Of a stretch of 64,000 nt of DNA, positions 1 to 12,203 are shown in pieces (within the stretch, counting starts at the first letter, position 1; the number at the start of each line of letters is the position of its first letter). The position numbers were made by a program, and so were the translations under genes. The notes under the pieces were generated by a model that saw only the letters and a program-made list of their open reading frames with translations, was not told the origin of the DNA and did not search any database. Source of the stretch: Malacoraja senta. Its lineage: Eukaryota. The DNA lies in contig CM076000.1 of NCBI GenBank assembly GCA_038087875.1, positions 1,860,001-1,924,000 of the forward strand. Reading direction: 5' to 3'.

Positions 1-393
1 TGATATGTTCAGCACAGACTGTGGGTCGGATGGCCTATTCCTGCGCTGCACTGTTCTATGTTCTATCGTTGAGAGACTTTGAGGTATTGACTATTTTCCT
101 GACTGCCCCAGATGTATATATCATCAGTATTTCAGTTATGCTTCATTATTTATTGATCTTTCAAGTTTGGATTATCAGCAAATATTCACACTGGGGAAAA
201 TGAGAGTTTAACTTAATGCAAATCAAATGGAGGGTTTCACATGCATGGGAGAAATTGCCAACTGTTGTTTATATAAGTTGATATATTTTTAGCACTAACT
301 TCACAGTTTGTTCTTGGACATATGTCACAACATATTTACAGTTGTAGAATTTCAACCATCATTTAATCAACATGCGAGGTATATATTCACTGG

Positions 394-688
394 TTAGACA
401 TTGTGGATACAGCGCAGAAACAGGCCCTTCTGTCCACCGAGTCCACGCTGACCAGCAATCCCCATACACCAGCACTACCCTACACACTAGGGACAATTTA
501 CAGAAGCCAATCAACCTACAAACCTGTACATCTTTGGAGTGTAGGAGAAAACCAGAGCATACGGAGAAAACCCACGCAGTCACAAGGACGACGTACAAAT
601 TCCGTACAGACAGCACCAGTAGTCGAGATCGAATCTGGGTCTCTGGCGCGGTGAGGCAGCAACTCTACCGCTGCACCACTGCGTCACC
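394..688 (-). mobile_element. HE1-like V-SINE (tRNA-derived head, CR1-like tail)
   Basis: Minus strand reads GGTGCAGCGGTAGAGTTGCTGCCTCAC...CCCAGATTCGATC (tRNA-like boxes), central GTGGGTTTTCTCC...TCCAAAGATGTACAGG, tail GAAGGGCCTGTTTCTGCGCTGTATC; many copies in the window. Confidence 0.85.
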
Positions 689-1309
689 TCCCGTTAAATA
701 TGTTCCAAGTTGACAAATTCCCTACATACTGTACAAAAGTATTTAAAGTAGATCTACACTTTCATACCAGCATATTCTGATCAGTGAAGATATAAAAACC
801 TTGTAATTTATAACTGCTCCCAAGCTAAATATATTGGGTCACTCTCTACATACTAATATGCATCGATAAATAATGTGGTAATCTGACTGCATTTCCTATC
901 CTGGCTAATTTTGATGGGATAAATAGAAGGAAGGAGTTCCCATTAGCAGATGGTTTAAAGACTGGGGCCACAGGGTTGAAATTTTAGGGAAATGTTTAAA
1001 CGTTTTTTCTCGACACACTGATCGTAGTTTTGATCTGGAAAATCACCACCAACCAGAGTTTTGGAAGAGAACTCCCAACTCCCAGGCACTTGGGAGAGAA
1101 ACATCGGCAAGGTTATGGGGGGAAAAAAGATAAATAAGCCTGACCAGCTGAGTTTCTCCAACACTTTGTTGTTTTCTACTCAAGATTCCAGCATCTGCAG
1201 ATTCTTGTGTCTCTAGGTAAATAAGACTGATGGTTTGTTTTACTAGGAACTAGTCTGATGATTGAAACTGAAATGGTTGCAAAAACCTAAAACCTGTGTC
1301 AAATACGTC

Positions 1310-1640
1310 CTAGGCAGGCACAAAATACTGGAGAAACTCAACGGGTGAGGCAGCATCTATGGAGAGAAAGAATTGGCGACGTTTTGAGTTGAGACCCTTC
1401 TTCAGACTGATGTCGGGGGTGGGGGGGATATAACAAAGAAAGAATGTAGGCGGAGACAGTGGGACTAGTGGGAGAACTGGGAAGGTGGGGGGGGGGGGGT
1501 TGGGGAACGAAGAGAGAGCAAGGGCCACCTGAAGTTAGAGAAGTCAATGTTCATACCGCTGGGGTGCAAACTACCCAAGCGAAATATAAAGTGATGTTCC
1601 TCCAATTTGCGCTGGGCTTCACTCTGACAATGGAAGATAT
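1310..1640 (-). mobile_element. Penelope-like element 3' fragment (GIY-YIG C-terminus plus terminal repeat)
   Basis: Minus strand encodes HCQSEAQRKLEEHHFIFRLG, followed by the terminal repeat with the CTGAAGAAGGGTCTC motif. Confidence 0.75.
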
Positions 1641-2429
1641 TGGAAACTCGAATGGCTGCAAAAACCTCAAATCATTGTGTCACAACTTCAGATCCATGCC
1701 TTCAACTTTTACCTCAAATGACGTCCCTCTGTGCCATGAAGAGGGAAGATTTTCACACGGTTAGAGAATAGGCTGGTGTCAGCAGGGAGACCAGCCCAAA
1801 AACTGCCACCAATGTAGAAATGTGGTTTTGTTGTTTTTGAGTTGGCATCCATGGTTTATCCTTCGGGGAGAAAATTGGATTGAAGTAATGTGCTATGTGA
1901 CAGAACTAGGATGTGGGTTTATCACCACAATTACCGCAGAGATCTCTTCTTAGTAACTTGCAGATGCTAGGCTCTTCTTTACCAGTAGAGGGTTGGACAC
2001 ACAGAGCCAGGCATCCTTGCTCATTTTCTTGTATGATAGACCAGCAAGGGTCTAATCATTGGCCTCCAATTAACAGTTTTAACCAGTGAAATGATGCAAA
2101 GAAAGTGAAAAAAAATTAAGTATTTTATTTTTAAGAGCTAAGCTCAAAGTAACCTAGGAAACACACAAGATATGGTTTGGCACTAGCTTCAAAACATTTT
2201 TGAAAACTGACTCACTAAGCTTTGTTTATTGGATCTCAATGCTCCTGGCCAAAATTGATTTTGAGACAGCAGAAACCCGAACGGCTGCAAAAACCTCAAA
2301 TCAATGTGTCACGACTTCACAATGCACTGAACAGTATACAACCCAAATATTTACTTAATTTCTGACTGCTAATAGTTTGCACGCTTATCATTTAAATTAA
2401 TATCAGTTTTGCAAAATGTCAAATTGTCG

Positions 2430-2800
2430 AAGTCCATAAGCTATCGGAGCAGAATTCAGCCCATCAAATCTACTCCACCTGATCTATCTATGGCTGATCT
2501 ATCATTCCCTCTCAACCCCTCTCCTGCCTTCTCCCTGCAATCCCTGATACCGATACTAATGAAGAATCTATTAATCTCAAAATCCATTCAACCTTAAAAA
2601 TATTAATTGACTCGGCCTCCACAGCGTTCTGTGGCAATGAATACCACCGATTCACTATCCTCCGAGTAAAGAAATTCCTCCTCATCTATTTTCTAAAGGC
2701 ATGTCCTTTTATTCTGGGGCTATGGCCTCTAGTCCTAGACTCTCCCACTAGTAGAAACATCCTCTCCACATCCATTCTATCCAGGCCTTTCATTATTCAA
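2430..2800 (-). mobile_element. CR1 LINE 3' fragment
   Basis: Reverse complement of the CR1 3' end also seen at 37465-37770 and 10150-10455. Confidence 0.7.
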
Positions 2801-2849
2801 TGTATTTTCCAATTGTGTCAAGCTGGAAAGGGTGCAGAGAAGATTTACA

Positions 2850-4678
2850 GTCTGAAAAGACTGGACCCTTTCCCACCCCAACCAACACTTCACACACACT
2901 CACAGCCTGACCTCAGTCTGCAAAGACTGGGCACTTCTACAACCACTCTTCCCCATTCACCACTTCACACATACTTGGAGCAAGACTCCAGTCGGAAAAG
3001 ACTGTACCCTTTCCCACCCACCCCTCTCCAACCACCACTTCACACCCAATTACCCACACCCTCCGTGCTGAACAACATCACTTCTCCATCATCAACAATA
3101 AAAATAGAGGAGGTGGAGAGGCTTTTCAGAAGACAGAAAAGCCGGAAATCTCCGGCCTTTAGACCGGACAATGATTCCCCCTCTACTCTCAAGCTCTGTG
3201 CTGAACAACTGGCACCGGTCTACACAGACACTTTTAACCAGTCCCTGCAAACCTGTACTGTCCCTGCCTGCTTCAAAGTCTCCACTATTGTTCCTATACC
3301 CAAAAAGGCAAGGATTACTGGTCTTAATGACTACAGGCCTGTCGTACTGACCTCTGTAGTCATGAAGACCCTTGAAAGGCTTGTGCTGGCCAAGCTGAAA
3401 AATATCACGAACCCCCTGCTGGACCCTCTGCAGTTTGCATACCGGGCCAATAGATCTGCGGATGACGCAGTCAACCTGGGCCTGCACTTCATCCTCCAGC
3501 ACCTAGACTGCCAGGGGACCTATGCGAGGATTTTGTTTGTTGATTTTAGCTCTGCATTCAACACCATTGTGCCAGAGCTACTACACTCCAAACTTTCCAA
3601 GTTGACTGTGCCCGAACCCTCTGTCAGTGGATCACCAGCTTTCTGACAGACAGGAAGCAGCATGTGAGGCTGGGAAAGCACATCTCGGACCCGCAAACCC
3701 TCAGCATAGGAGCACCGCAAGGCTGCGTACTCTCCCCTCTCCTCTACTCTCTCTACACCAATGACTGCACCTCCACAGAATCCTCTGTCAAGCTTCTCAA
3801 GTTTGCGGATGACACAACCATGATTGGACTAATCCAGGATGGGGAGGAATCTGCCTACAGACAGGAAGTGTCACAGCTGGTGTCCTGGTGCCATCGCAAC
3901 AATCTGGAGCTCAATGCTCTTAAGACAGTGGAATTGATTGTGGACTTTAGGTGAGCTCCCTTTCCCCTCACCCCACTCACCATCAACAACACCACAGTCA
4001 CATCTGTGGAGTGGTTTAAGTTCCTGGGAACCATCATCTCCAAGGACCTTAAGTGGGGGGCTACCATCAACTCCACAGTCAAAAATGCACAACAGAGGAT
4101 GTACTTCCTATGGCAGCTGAGGAAGCACAATCTGCCACAGGCAATGATGGTCCAATTCTAAACGGCCATCATACAGTCTGTTCTCACCTTCTCCATCATG
4201 GTCTGGTTTGGCTCAGCCACCAAGCACGACACCCGGAGGCTGCAGCGAATCGTCCGATCAGCTGAGAAGGTTATTGGCTGCAACCTTCCCTCCATTGACG
4301 AACTGTACACTGCAAGGACCAGGAAACGAGCGGGCAAGATCATCTCTGACCCCTCTCACCCTGGCCACAAATCCTTTGAATCACTTCCCTCTGGAAGACG
4401 ACTCCGGACTGTCAAAGCTGCCACAGCCAGACATAAAAACAGCTTTTTTTTCCCCACGAGTAGTAGCTCTACTTAATAACCAAAAATCTGTAACCTCCTT
4501 TTGCTCTGGTATTTTGTTTGGTTCACATGTTTGATCAATGGTGTTTTATTATTAATACTTAGTGTTTTGTGTCATTCCTAACTGTTACTGTATGTCATGT
4601 TGTCACTTGTGGGCGGAGCACCAAGGCAAATTCCTTGTATGTGAATACTTGGCCAATAAACTTATTCATTCATTCATT
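2850..4678 (+). mobile_element. Rex1/Babar-clade LINE, 5'-truncated, RT disrupted
   Basis: ORF pieces 2813-3646, 3664-3954 and 4198-4476 with LNDYRPVVLTS, LDPLQFAYR, GAPQGCVLSP, KFADD; AATAAA then (ATTC)n tail; splits a CR1 at GATTTAC|GAGGATG. Confidence 0.9.
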
Positions 4679-5015
4679 ACGAGGATGTCGCCAGGACTCG
4701 AGGGCCTGAGCTGTGTGGAGAGGTTGAGAAGACTAGGATTCTATTCCTTGGGAGCGCAGGAGGATGAAGAGTGATCTTATAAAGGTGTACCAAATCATGA
4801 GGGGAATAGATCGGACAGACGCATAGAGTCTCTTGTCCAGAGATGGGGAACTGAGAACCAGAGGATATTGGTTTGATGTGAGGGGGAAAGATTTAATAGG
4901 AACCTGAGGGGTAACTTTTTCATACAAAGGGTGGTGGGTGTATGGAATGAGCTGCCGGAGGAGGTTATTGAGGCAGGTACTATCACAATGATTCAGAAAC
5001 ATTTAGACAGGTACG
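4679..5015 (+). mobile_element. CR1 LINE 3' fragment (host of nested insertions; other pieces at 2813-2849, 5839-5860, 7105-7210)
   Basis: Colinear with the CR1 copy at 13790-14275 once the inserts are removed. Confidence 0.85.
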
Positions 5016-5838
5016 TTTACGTCATCGGGTGGTGCCGCACGCAGCAGCCTCGCCAGCAGTTTGTCAGTCATTTCGACTTTTTTGTTTTTTTTAGCATGTC
5101 TAAATGTATGTGTAAATGTCTCTCGGTATGTTTTTAAATGGGGGCAGTGGGGGGGGGGGGGAAGGGGGAAAGGGGGAAATCGTTTCCAGTCATTTACCTC
5201 GGGGGAGATGCGACTTTTCTCCTGGTCGCATTTTCGCCCTCCCTCGCGGCCTAACAATTTGGATTGGGGCGGCCTTTCCCGGAAACTGGCCCAGAGCTTC
5301 TGCAGCAGGTGTGGCGCGGACTTCCATCGCAGAGCCAGAAGAAAGGCTCCGACCGCCGGCCTGCTGACTTTAAAATCGTGAAGCTTCTGTGGAGCTTCTA
5401 GCAGCAGGCGTGGAAACATTCTGGAGCCAGGTATCCCTTGCCGGGGATCGCCGGAGAAGAGCTCCAACCGCTGGCCTGCCTGCGGCCTATAACATCGAGA
5501 AGCAGCGGTCTCCGGTAAGAAAGTGGCTGATCCCGGCACTCCAGGCCGCGAAGTGTGTTCGATCCGTCCCGACGTCGGAGCTTCGATCATCCCGATGAGA
5601 GGGCTTGTACATCGGGCCATCCGTAGCGGCGACTGCGGAGGGTCAAGGCCCCAAACACGGGTGAACAAAAAGAGGAAGACTGACAACTTTAATGCCTTCC
5701 ATCATAGTGATCACTGTGGTGGATGTTATGTTAAGTTCTATCGTTCTTTTTAATTGTGTTGTGTTCTTTTAATTGTATGGCTGCATGGTAACTCAAATAT
5801 CACTGTACCTTAATTGGTAAATGTGAATCTGAATCTGA
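5016..5838 (+). mobile_element. GC-rich non-autonomous retroposon with LINE-like 3' tail
   Basis: Interrupts the CR1; ends in (TGAATC)n; shares blocks and a hairpin with 30571-31517. Confidence 0.6.
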
Positions 5839-5860
5839 ATAGGACAGCTTTAGAGAGAAA

Positions 5861-7104
5861 CTAGACTAAGTGGGACCCACTGGGTCCCTGTCACACGGGA
5901 GACCTGGTCCCCCAACGCAACCCGTTCTCCCAACGCAATATTCCACCACTCACCCATAGCCGCCAACTGCTCAGGCGCAGCTCATTTCCCCTCATCCCCA
6001 ACACTCTCTCCCCCTCCTCTTCACCCTTCCTCTTCTTTCCCCCCAATCTCTCCCTCCCTCTCCTTTCCCCTACCCTCAGTCACTCCCTCCCTCCCTCCCT
6101 ACCCCCCTCCTATTCCTCTATCCCCCCACCTTCCCCTATCCCCCCCACTATCCCTCCTCATCTCCCCCACTGCCCTTCTCTCCCTCTATTCCCCACTCCC
6201 TACCTCACCCATTCCTCTCCCTCTATTCCCTCTCTACCCCACTCTCCCTCACCTCCTCCCTCTTCTTTCCCCTCTCCTCCTACCCTTCCCCAATCCCTCC
6301 CTCACCTCTCCTTTCCCCTACCCTCAGTCACTCCCTCCCTCCATGATTCCTCTCCCCTCCCTACCCCCTCCTCTCCCTCTATCCACCCTCCTCCCCCACT
6401 CTCCCTCCTCACCTCCCGCACTTTCCTCTCTCTCCCTCCCTACCCCCTCCTCTCCCTCAATCCCGCCAGCCTCCATCCTCACCTCCCCAGGTATTCCCCA
6501 CTCCCTACCTCCCCCCTCCTCTCCCTCTATTCCCCCTTCTTCCCCCACTCTTCCTCCTCACCTCCCACACTTTCCTCCCACACTTTCCCCCCTCTCCCTC
6601 CCTCCTCTTCTCCCTCAATCCCCCCACTTCTCCCTCCTCACCTCCCCAGGATCTCGAAGTTGCCGCTCCTTTCCCTCTTTGCATGCTGGAGCAGCGGCTG
6701 CCTCAGGCCACGGCGGCTGCAGGTTTTCGGCTGCGGGCTTCGGGCCGCCGCGGCTGACCCCTCCGGCCGCTTCCGGACGACTAGCTCATGGCTATGGCCG
6801 TGCAATGCCGGACAACGTCAGGCGAGGCGGGCGCCACCCATGACTGACAGCTGACCCGGCCAATCAGTGCGGCGATGGTGCAGCAGGAGACGACCAATCT
6901 GCGCATGCGCGGTTTTAAAGAATTTTAAACATTAATAACTTTTAAACTATACCATCGATCGGAACAAAACTTGTTGCACTTGAGCACATGAGAATGGTGA
7001 GTAAGGTGGCGAAAAATCGTAGCGCTATCATGAACCATTTTGCGCAAATAGAAAAACCACGCAAACCAGAAGAGCACAAGATCAGAGTTTTAGTTATGTA
7101 TAGA
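5861..7104 (-). mobile_element. Non-autonomous Helitron
   Basis: Minus strand begins A|TC and ends CTAG|T; hairpin GGGACCC-AGT-GGGTCCC (5872-5888) 11 nt from the 3' end; no TSD; removal restores CR1 GAGAGAAA|TGGGCC. Confidence 0.85.
5990..6650. repeat. C/T-rich low-complexity tract inside the Helitron
   Basis: Nearly pure pyrimidine runs on the + strand. Confidence 0.9.
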
Positions 7105-7593
7105 TGGGCCGAATGCAGGCAGGTGGGACTAGTGTAGATGGGACATGTTGGTTGGCGTGGGCAAGTTGGGCCAAAGGGCCTGTTTTCATGCTGGTTGACT
7201 CTATGACTCCTGCAAAAATTCACAAGTATCCCAACAGGTGTTGTTCCAACCTACATGGTGAAAATCCTCTCACTTTCTAATGGGTGTAATTAATAATTAT
7301 AATACCTGCACGGAACTAGAAATGGTTCAGTTTAAACTTTCAAAATAGGGCAGCAACTAGAGACAAAAGGATATGCGCTCAACATTAACGGAAAATGATT
7401 GCATCAAACTCAGAATTTGCTGCTGCAGCAAGTGTGCCTGATGAGTTGGACCTTTCCACCCAACGTACGACACAAAACATTTCTGAACAGCAAGTTGGTG
7501 GAAGTCTGACCTGATAGCTGAACCACTTGCCTATCTGAGACAAGGATAGCAAAGACAGAGGTAAGTTTCAATTGATTATAATGCCTAAATGGA

Positions 7594-7970
7594 AGATAGA
7601 CGCAAATGCTGGAGTAACTCAGCGTGTCAGTCAGCATCTCTGGAGAAAAGGGATAGGTGACGTTTCGGGTTGGAACCCTTCTTCAGACTCCAGGTCTGGG
7701 CACACAAAGACAACTCGAGCAGATTGACACCAGCCACCAACTCCCAGACTATTACCGATCTCATCACCACTGGTGATCTCACCTCAAACCTTTTAGTTCC
7801 GCAGCCCAGTACTGCCCCCATCTATCTCCTTCCCAAAATCAACAAACTGGACTGTCCCAACCCAAAATGCTGCATGTGCACATTCTCCAGAGATGCTGCC
7901 TAACCCACTGAGTTACTCCAGAACTGTGTGTCCTTTTTTGTAAACCAACATCTGCAGCTCCTTGTGTCTA
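7594..7970. mobile_element. Penelope-derived element with inverted terminal-repeat copies and an RT fragment
   Basis: Inverted copies of the TGCTGGAGTAACTCAG/GCATCTCTGGAG repeat flank ITDLITTGDL..VPQPSTAPIYLLPKINK (PLE RT N-terminal LPKIHK-like motif). Confidence 0.7.
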
Positions 7971-9684
7971 GATTGATCTTCTATTGCTTAGCTATAAACT
8001 AAAGGTTATTCAGATCCTGTCCTTCACCTTTATTGTAATATATTTCAGGTTATACAGTCACTATGTGTAATACATTTCAAGTTCTATTCACTTAAGAGTT
8101 GTTACCTGTTCTCATTTGGTTAAAACCTCATCAGTTTGAAATAACTACAATTGTGCGAGCACACATTTGCAAAGCCGGTCACTATGACCTCTGCTCAATT
8201 TCAATTCATGCTCATATCTGTCAGATTCCAAGTTCAAGTATAGGTACCAGAAAGCAATAAGATTGCTTCAGAAGGGAGTGTACACTCAAAGGGAGCAGTT
8301 TTTAAAGATCGATTTAAAACTTGAAATGCACATGTTCATTACCTTTAATCGATGTGAAGATATACATTCTCATTAGCTTTCACTGTCTCTTCACCCACCG
8401 CTCGGTTAGAATAATTTGGAACTAATTATAATAATGATTTATAAGCTCGGGTGGATATCAGGTCATTCCTTAAACTTAGGTAGTTTTTTCGTATCAAAGC
8501 AAAACAATGTTGTTAATCCTTGCCAAGCCATCTATTTACAGTTGTAATGGATAAAGCAAGAAAGGCACTTTAGTACCACAAATTAATTCCCAGTCGGGGG
8601 AGATGCCATACATTGAACTCTAGAGCTAAATCAATTCCACCAGCAAATAATCTGTTTCTTTCGGGTTAGCACAAGAAGAACAAATATCCCCAGAGCTTTT
8701 TTACAACTCCCTTGACAATATGATCATTGTAAATGCAGCTTTCATTTGAACTGCTACTCAAGTACCATCAGTCCCTGCATTTAAGTGTAGACAAATAGAT
8801 ACCATTCAGCTTTGTGAACTCAAACAGCCCTTTAATTTTTCAAAATGGACACGTGAGCAGTTGTCCAGGAATCTTTGGTGATTCTATTTTATGCATACCA
8901 TTTTTGAATGGAGACAAATTCTACAATATCAGCAACAAAAAGTTTTTGCATGATAACTTTCATGAAGAGATTTCTGCACAAGGAGTATTTCCATCTTGAT
9001 TCATTCTATACTTCACACAGTCTTGGCAAAGCAGCCAATGTAATCAAAGACTTTTCTCACCCCGGTCATTTCTTCTTCTCCTGCTCCCATCATGCAGAAA
9101 ATACAGAAGCTTGAAAGAATGTGGTGGGTATACGGAACGAGCTTGCACAGGAATTAGTTGAGGCAGGTACAATAACAACATTTAAAAGACATTTGGACAG
9201 TTAGGAGAGGTTGACAGTGATATGGGCAAATGGGGCTAGTTTAGATAGGGCACTGTGGTCAGCATGGACAGGTTGAGCAGTAGGACCCGTTTCTGTGCTG
9301 TATGAAAATGACTCAACTGGAAAAAGACAAATTATTTCTTTGAAACTAACTCTTAGTTATTTTGGCTTTTAATTTTGAGGTAGTTCATCACAGGAATAAC
9401 CTTCAACTTTGCATTGTTTGCTAGATTGGAATGAAATTTTTTAGAAAATTGAATGCTCATCCACCAAAAATAAAATAACACTTGACTAAACTATAAATAA
9501 TCCAGTCAAATCGCATGTACTTCGCATGGTACATTTACTTTATACTGCAAGAGAAAGATGAAGAACTATAATACTGAATATCAAAAATGTAATCAGAAGG
9601 TTGATCATAAATAGGGCTGCTGAAGAATAGCAAGAACATTGCAATAGAAAGGAGTCCTAATAGGTACCTTTTCCAAAGCTTCAT

Positions 9685-10455
9685 AGATGTGAGGTTATCC
9701 ACTTTGGTGGCAAAAACAGGAAGGCAGATTATTATCTGAATGGGTGTCAAGTTGGGAAAAGGGGAAGTACAACGCGATCTGGGGGTCCTTGTTCATCAGT
9801 CACTGCATGCAGGTACAGCAGGCAGTGAAGAAAGCGAATGGCATGTTGGCCTTCATTACAAGAGTATAGGAGCAAAGAGGTCCTTCTGCAGTTGTACATG
9901 GTCCTAGTGAGACCACACCTGGAGTATTGTGTGCAGTTTTGGTCTCGAAATTTGAGGAAGGACATTCTTGCTATTGAGGGAGTGAAGCGTAGGTTCACAA
10001 GGTTAATTCCCAGGATGGCGGGACTGTCATATGTTGATAGAATAGAGCGGCTGGGCTTGTATACTCTGGAATTTAGAAGGATGAGAGGAGATCTTATTGA
10101 AATATATAAGATTATTAAGGGTTTGGACACACTAGACGCAGGAAACATGTTCCCGATGTTGGGAGAGTCCAGAACCAGGGGCCACAGTTTAAGAATAAGG
10201 GGTAAGTCATTTAGAATGGAGGAAAAACTTTTTTCACACTGAGAGTTGTGAATCTGTGGAATTCTCTGCCTCAGAAGGCAGTGGAGGCCAATTCTCTGGA
10301 TGCTTTCAAAAGAGAGTAGATAGAGCTCTTAAAGATAACGGAGTCAAGGGATATGGGCAGAAGGCAGGAACGGGGTACTGATTGTGGATGATCAGCCATG
10401 ATCACACTGAATGGCGGTGCTGGCTCGAAGGGCCGAATGGCCAACTCCTGCACCT
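9685..10455 (+). mobile_element. CR1 LINE 3' fragment
   Basis: ORF 9838-10242 LYMVLVRPHLEYCVQFWS...RRMRGDLIEIYKI, typical CR1 ORF2 C-terminus, plus 3' tail. Confidence 0.9.
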
Positions 10456-11359
10456 CAGTAGATAATTTCATTTGTCATTGGGTAACTGATACACATAATG
10501 CTGCACTTTGCTGGCTACCAATAAACTAGATCAAATATTTCACGAAATGTCATCCAGTTTTCAGCATTTTTAAAGAGGAACTAAGTAGTGAAACCATTCA
10601 TAAAACATGGTAAATGTTAATGAATATTTTCCAAAAGTCATAGGAGCAGAATTGGGCCATTCGGCCCATCGGGTCTGCTCAGTCATTCGATCGTGGCTAA
10701 TTTATTTTTCCCTCTTACCCCTAATCTCCTGCCTTCTTCCCGTAACCTTTGTCGCCCCTACTAATCAAGAATTTGTTAATCTCCGCTTTAAAAATACCCG
10801 ACTAAACTTCACAGTCATCTGTGGCAATGAATTCCACTCCCCTCTGCCTAAAGAAATTCCTCCTCATCTCCTTGATTTCTGCAGTGATAAAGACTTAGAT
10901 TTTTACAGCGTAAATTTGCCACACTACATTATGAAATTGAACAAGTGCTCACGTTCAATTAAGTGTGGGGATCACAAATTTGTTGCAAGTGATTTCTGGT
11001 TTTGCTAGAGAGAATAATGTTTGCAAACTCAAAAATAAAGTGTATAGACAAGAGCTTAATCTATTTGAAAAATATTCCTGTTGTCATAAAACAAAAAGGC
11101 ATCGACAATGTTATGGCGCATTTCAGGCGAGTTATTGATAGTGCTCCAAGCCCTAATTACTACTGAATAACTTCTCTGAAACTTAAAAAACCTGCAGATT
11201 GTTATTGCCACAGGTAATTACATCAAATATCTGCACTTTTAAAAATTGAAACAAGATTTGAAAACTCACATTTACTCATAGTTTTTGGTAGTGATGTTAT
11301 TTCAACTAAGTGAGTGGCTTGCTACACAAATCCTGAAAAGGACAAATATGAATCAACTA

Positions 11360-11545
11360 GGGTAGACAAAAATGGAGCGAAGGAAATAGGCAACGTTTCG
11401 GGTCGAGGCCCTTCATCTGAAGAAGGGTCTCGACCCGAAATGTTGCTTATTTCCTTCGCTCCATAGATGCTGCCTCACCCACTGAGTTTCACCAGCATTT
11501 TTGATTTTTGATTTTCCAGCATCTGCAGTTCCTTCTTAAACAAAA
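11360..11545. mobile_element. Short Penelope-derived retroposon with 5' inversion and 16-bp TSD
   Basis: TSD AAATATGAATCAACTA at 11344-11359 and 11546-11561; internal inverted copy of the GGGTCTCGACCCGAAA motif. Confidence 0.8.
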
Positions 11546-12138
11546 AAATATGAATCAACTATATTACTGCAGCACATTCAGCAGAATGGAAAAGGATGGT
11601 TAATCAGATTTTTAAAACAATGGGTAGCTTCATTGTTTTAGTTGCGTTCATTTCAGATTGGTTTAATTAAGGAGGCCACATAGTGCCAAAGTAACTCAGC
11701 GGATCAGACAGCATCTCGCAAAGTTTCGGGTCGGGACCCTTCTTCTGACTGATTGTAAGTGATGGGAGGGGGGGGGGGGGGGAAGACAGCTGGGCGATTT
11801 TTAACTGTACCTGTACCTCACCGTACTTGTGGAAAGGACAACACTTAAAATGAAATATTTATCTCTGCGGTAGATACAATGCAGAACAATGTTTTAGATT
11901 AGAACCAAAAATTGTCCCTCAATGGTAAATGGAATTTAAATTCTACAGTAGCTTGACCTTTCTATATATTTTTTTAAATAAACCTAAACACTTAAATATC
12001 AAGATTTTTTAACATCACATATTACTGTACTCTAGGCAATAATCTTCCTTTACATTTTACAAAATAATTAGTTTTGTTCATCCATGTAAATTTGCCAAGT
12101 AGCACAATTTTCTTAATAAATAATAATACATCACTTAC

Positions 12139-12203
12139 ATCTAGAACTACCAATAAACTCCTTGACATTTCATCATGCAGTGATTCATTCTGAACTTTAA
12201 ATC
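12139..12203 (-). CDS. Candidate internal exon of an unidentified gene (GFKVQNESLHDEMSRSLLVVLD)
   Basis: CAG acceptor, strong GTAAGT donor, one open frame, non-repetitive context; no homolog recognised. Confidence 0.35.

Noticed and set aside
620..688. tRNA-like sequences at SINE heads
   Set aside because: They are V-SINE heads with no complete cloverleaf and occur in many copies
5003..5753. 227-aa ORF and overlapping ORFs
   Set aside because: GC-rich repeat open in several frames with no recognisable domain
6324..6854. Proline-rich ORF
   Set aside because: Low-complexity pyrimidine tract within the Helitron
7666..7678. Apparent compensatory change in hammerhead stem II (GGGTT/AACCC versus GGGTC/GACCC)
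   Set aside because: Could arise from CpG deamination, so not counted as covariation evidence
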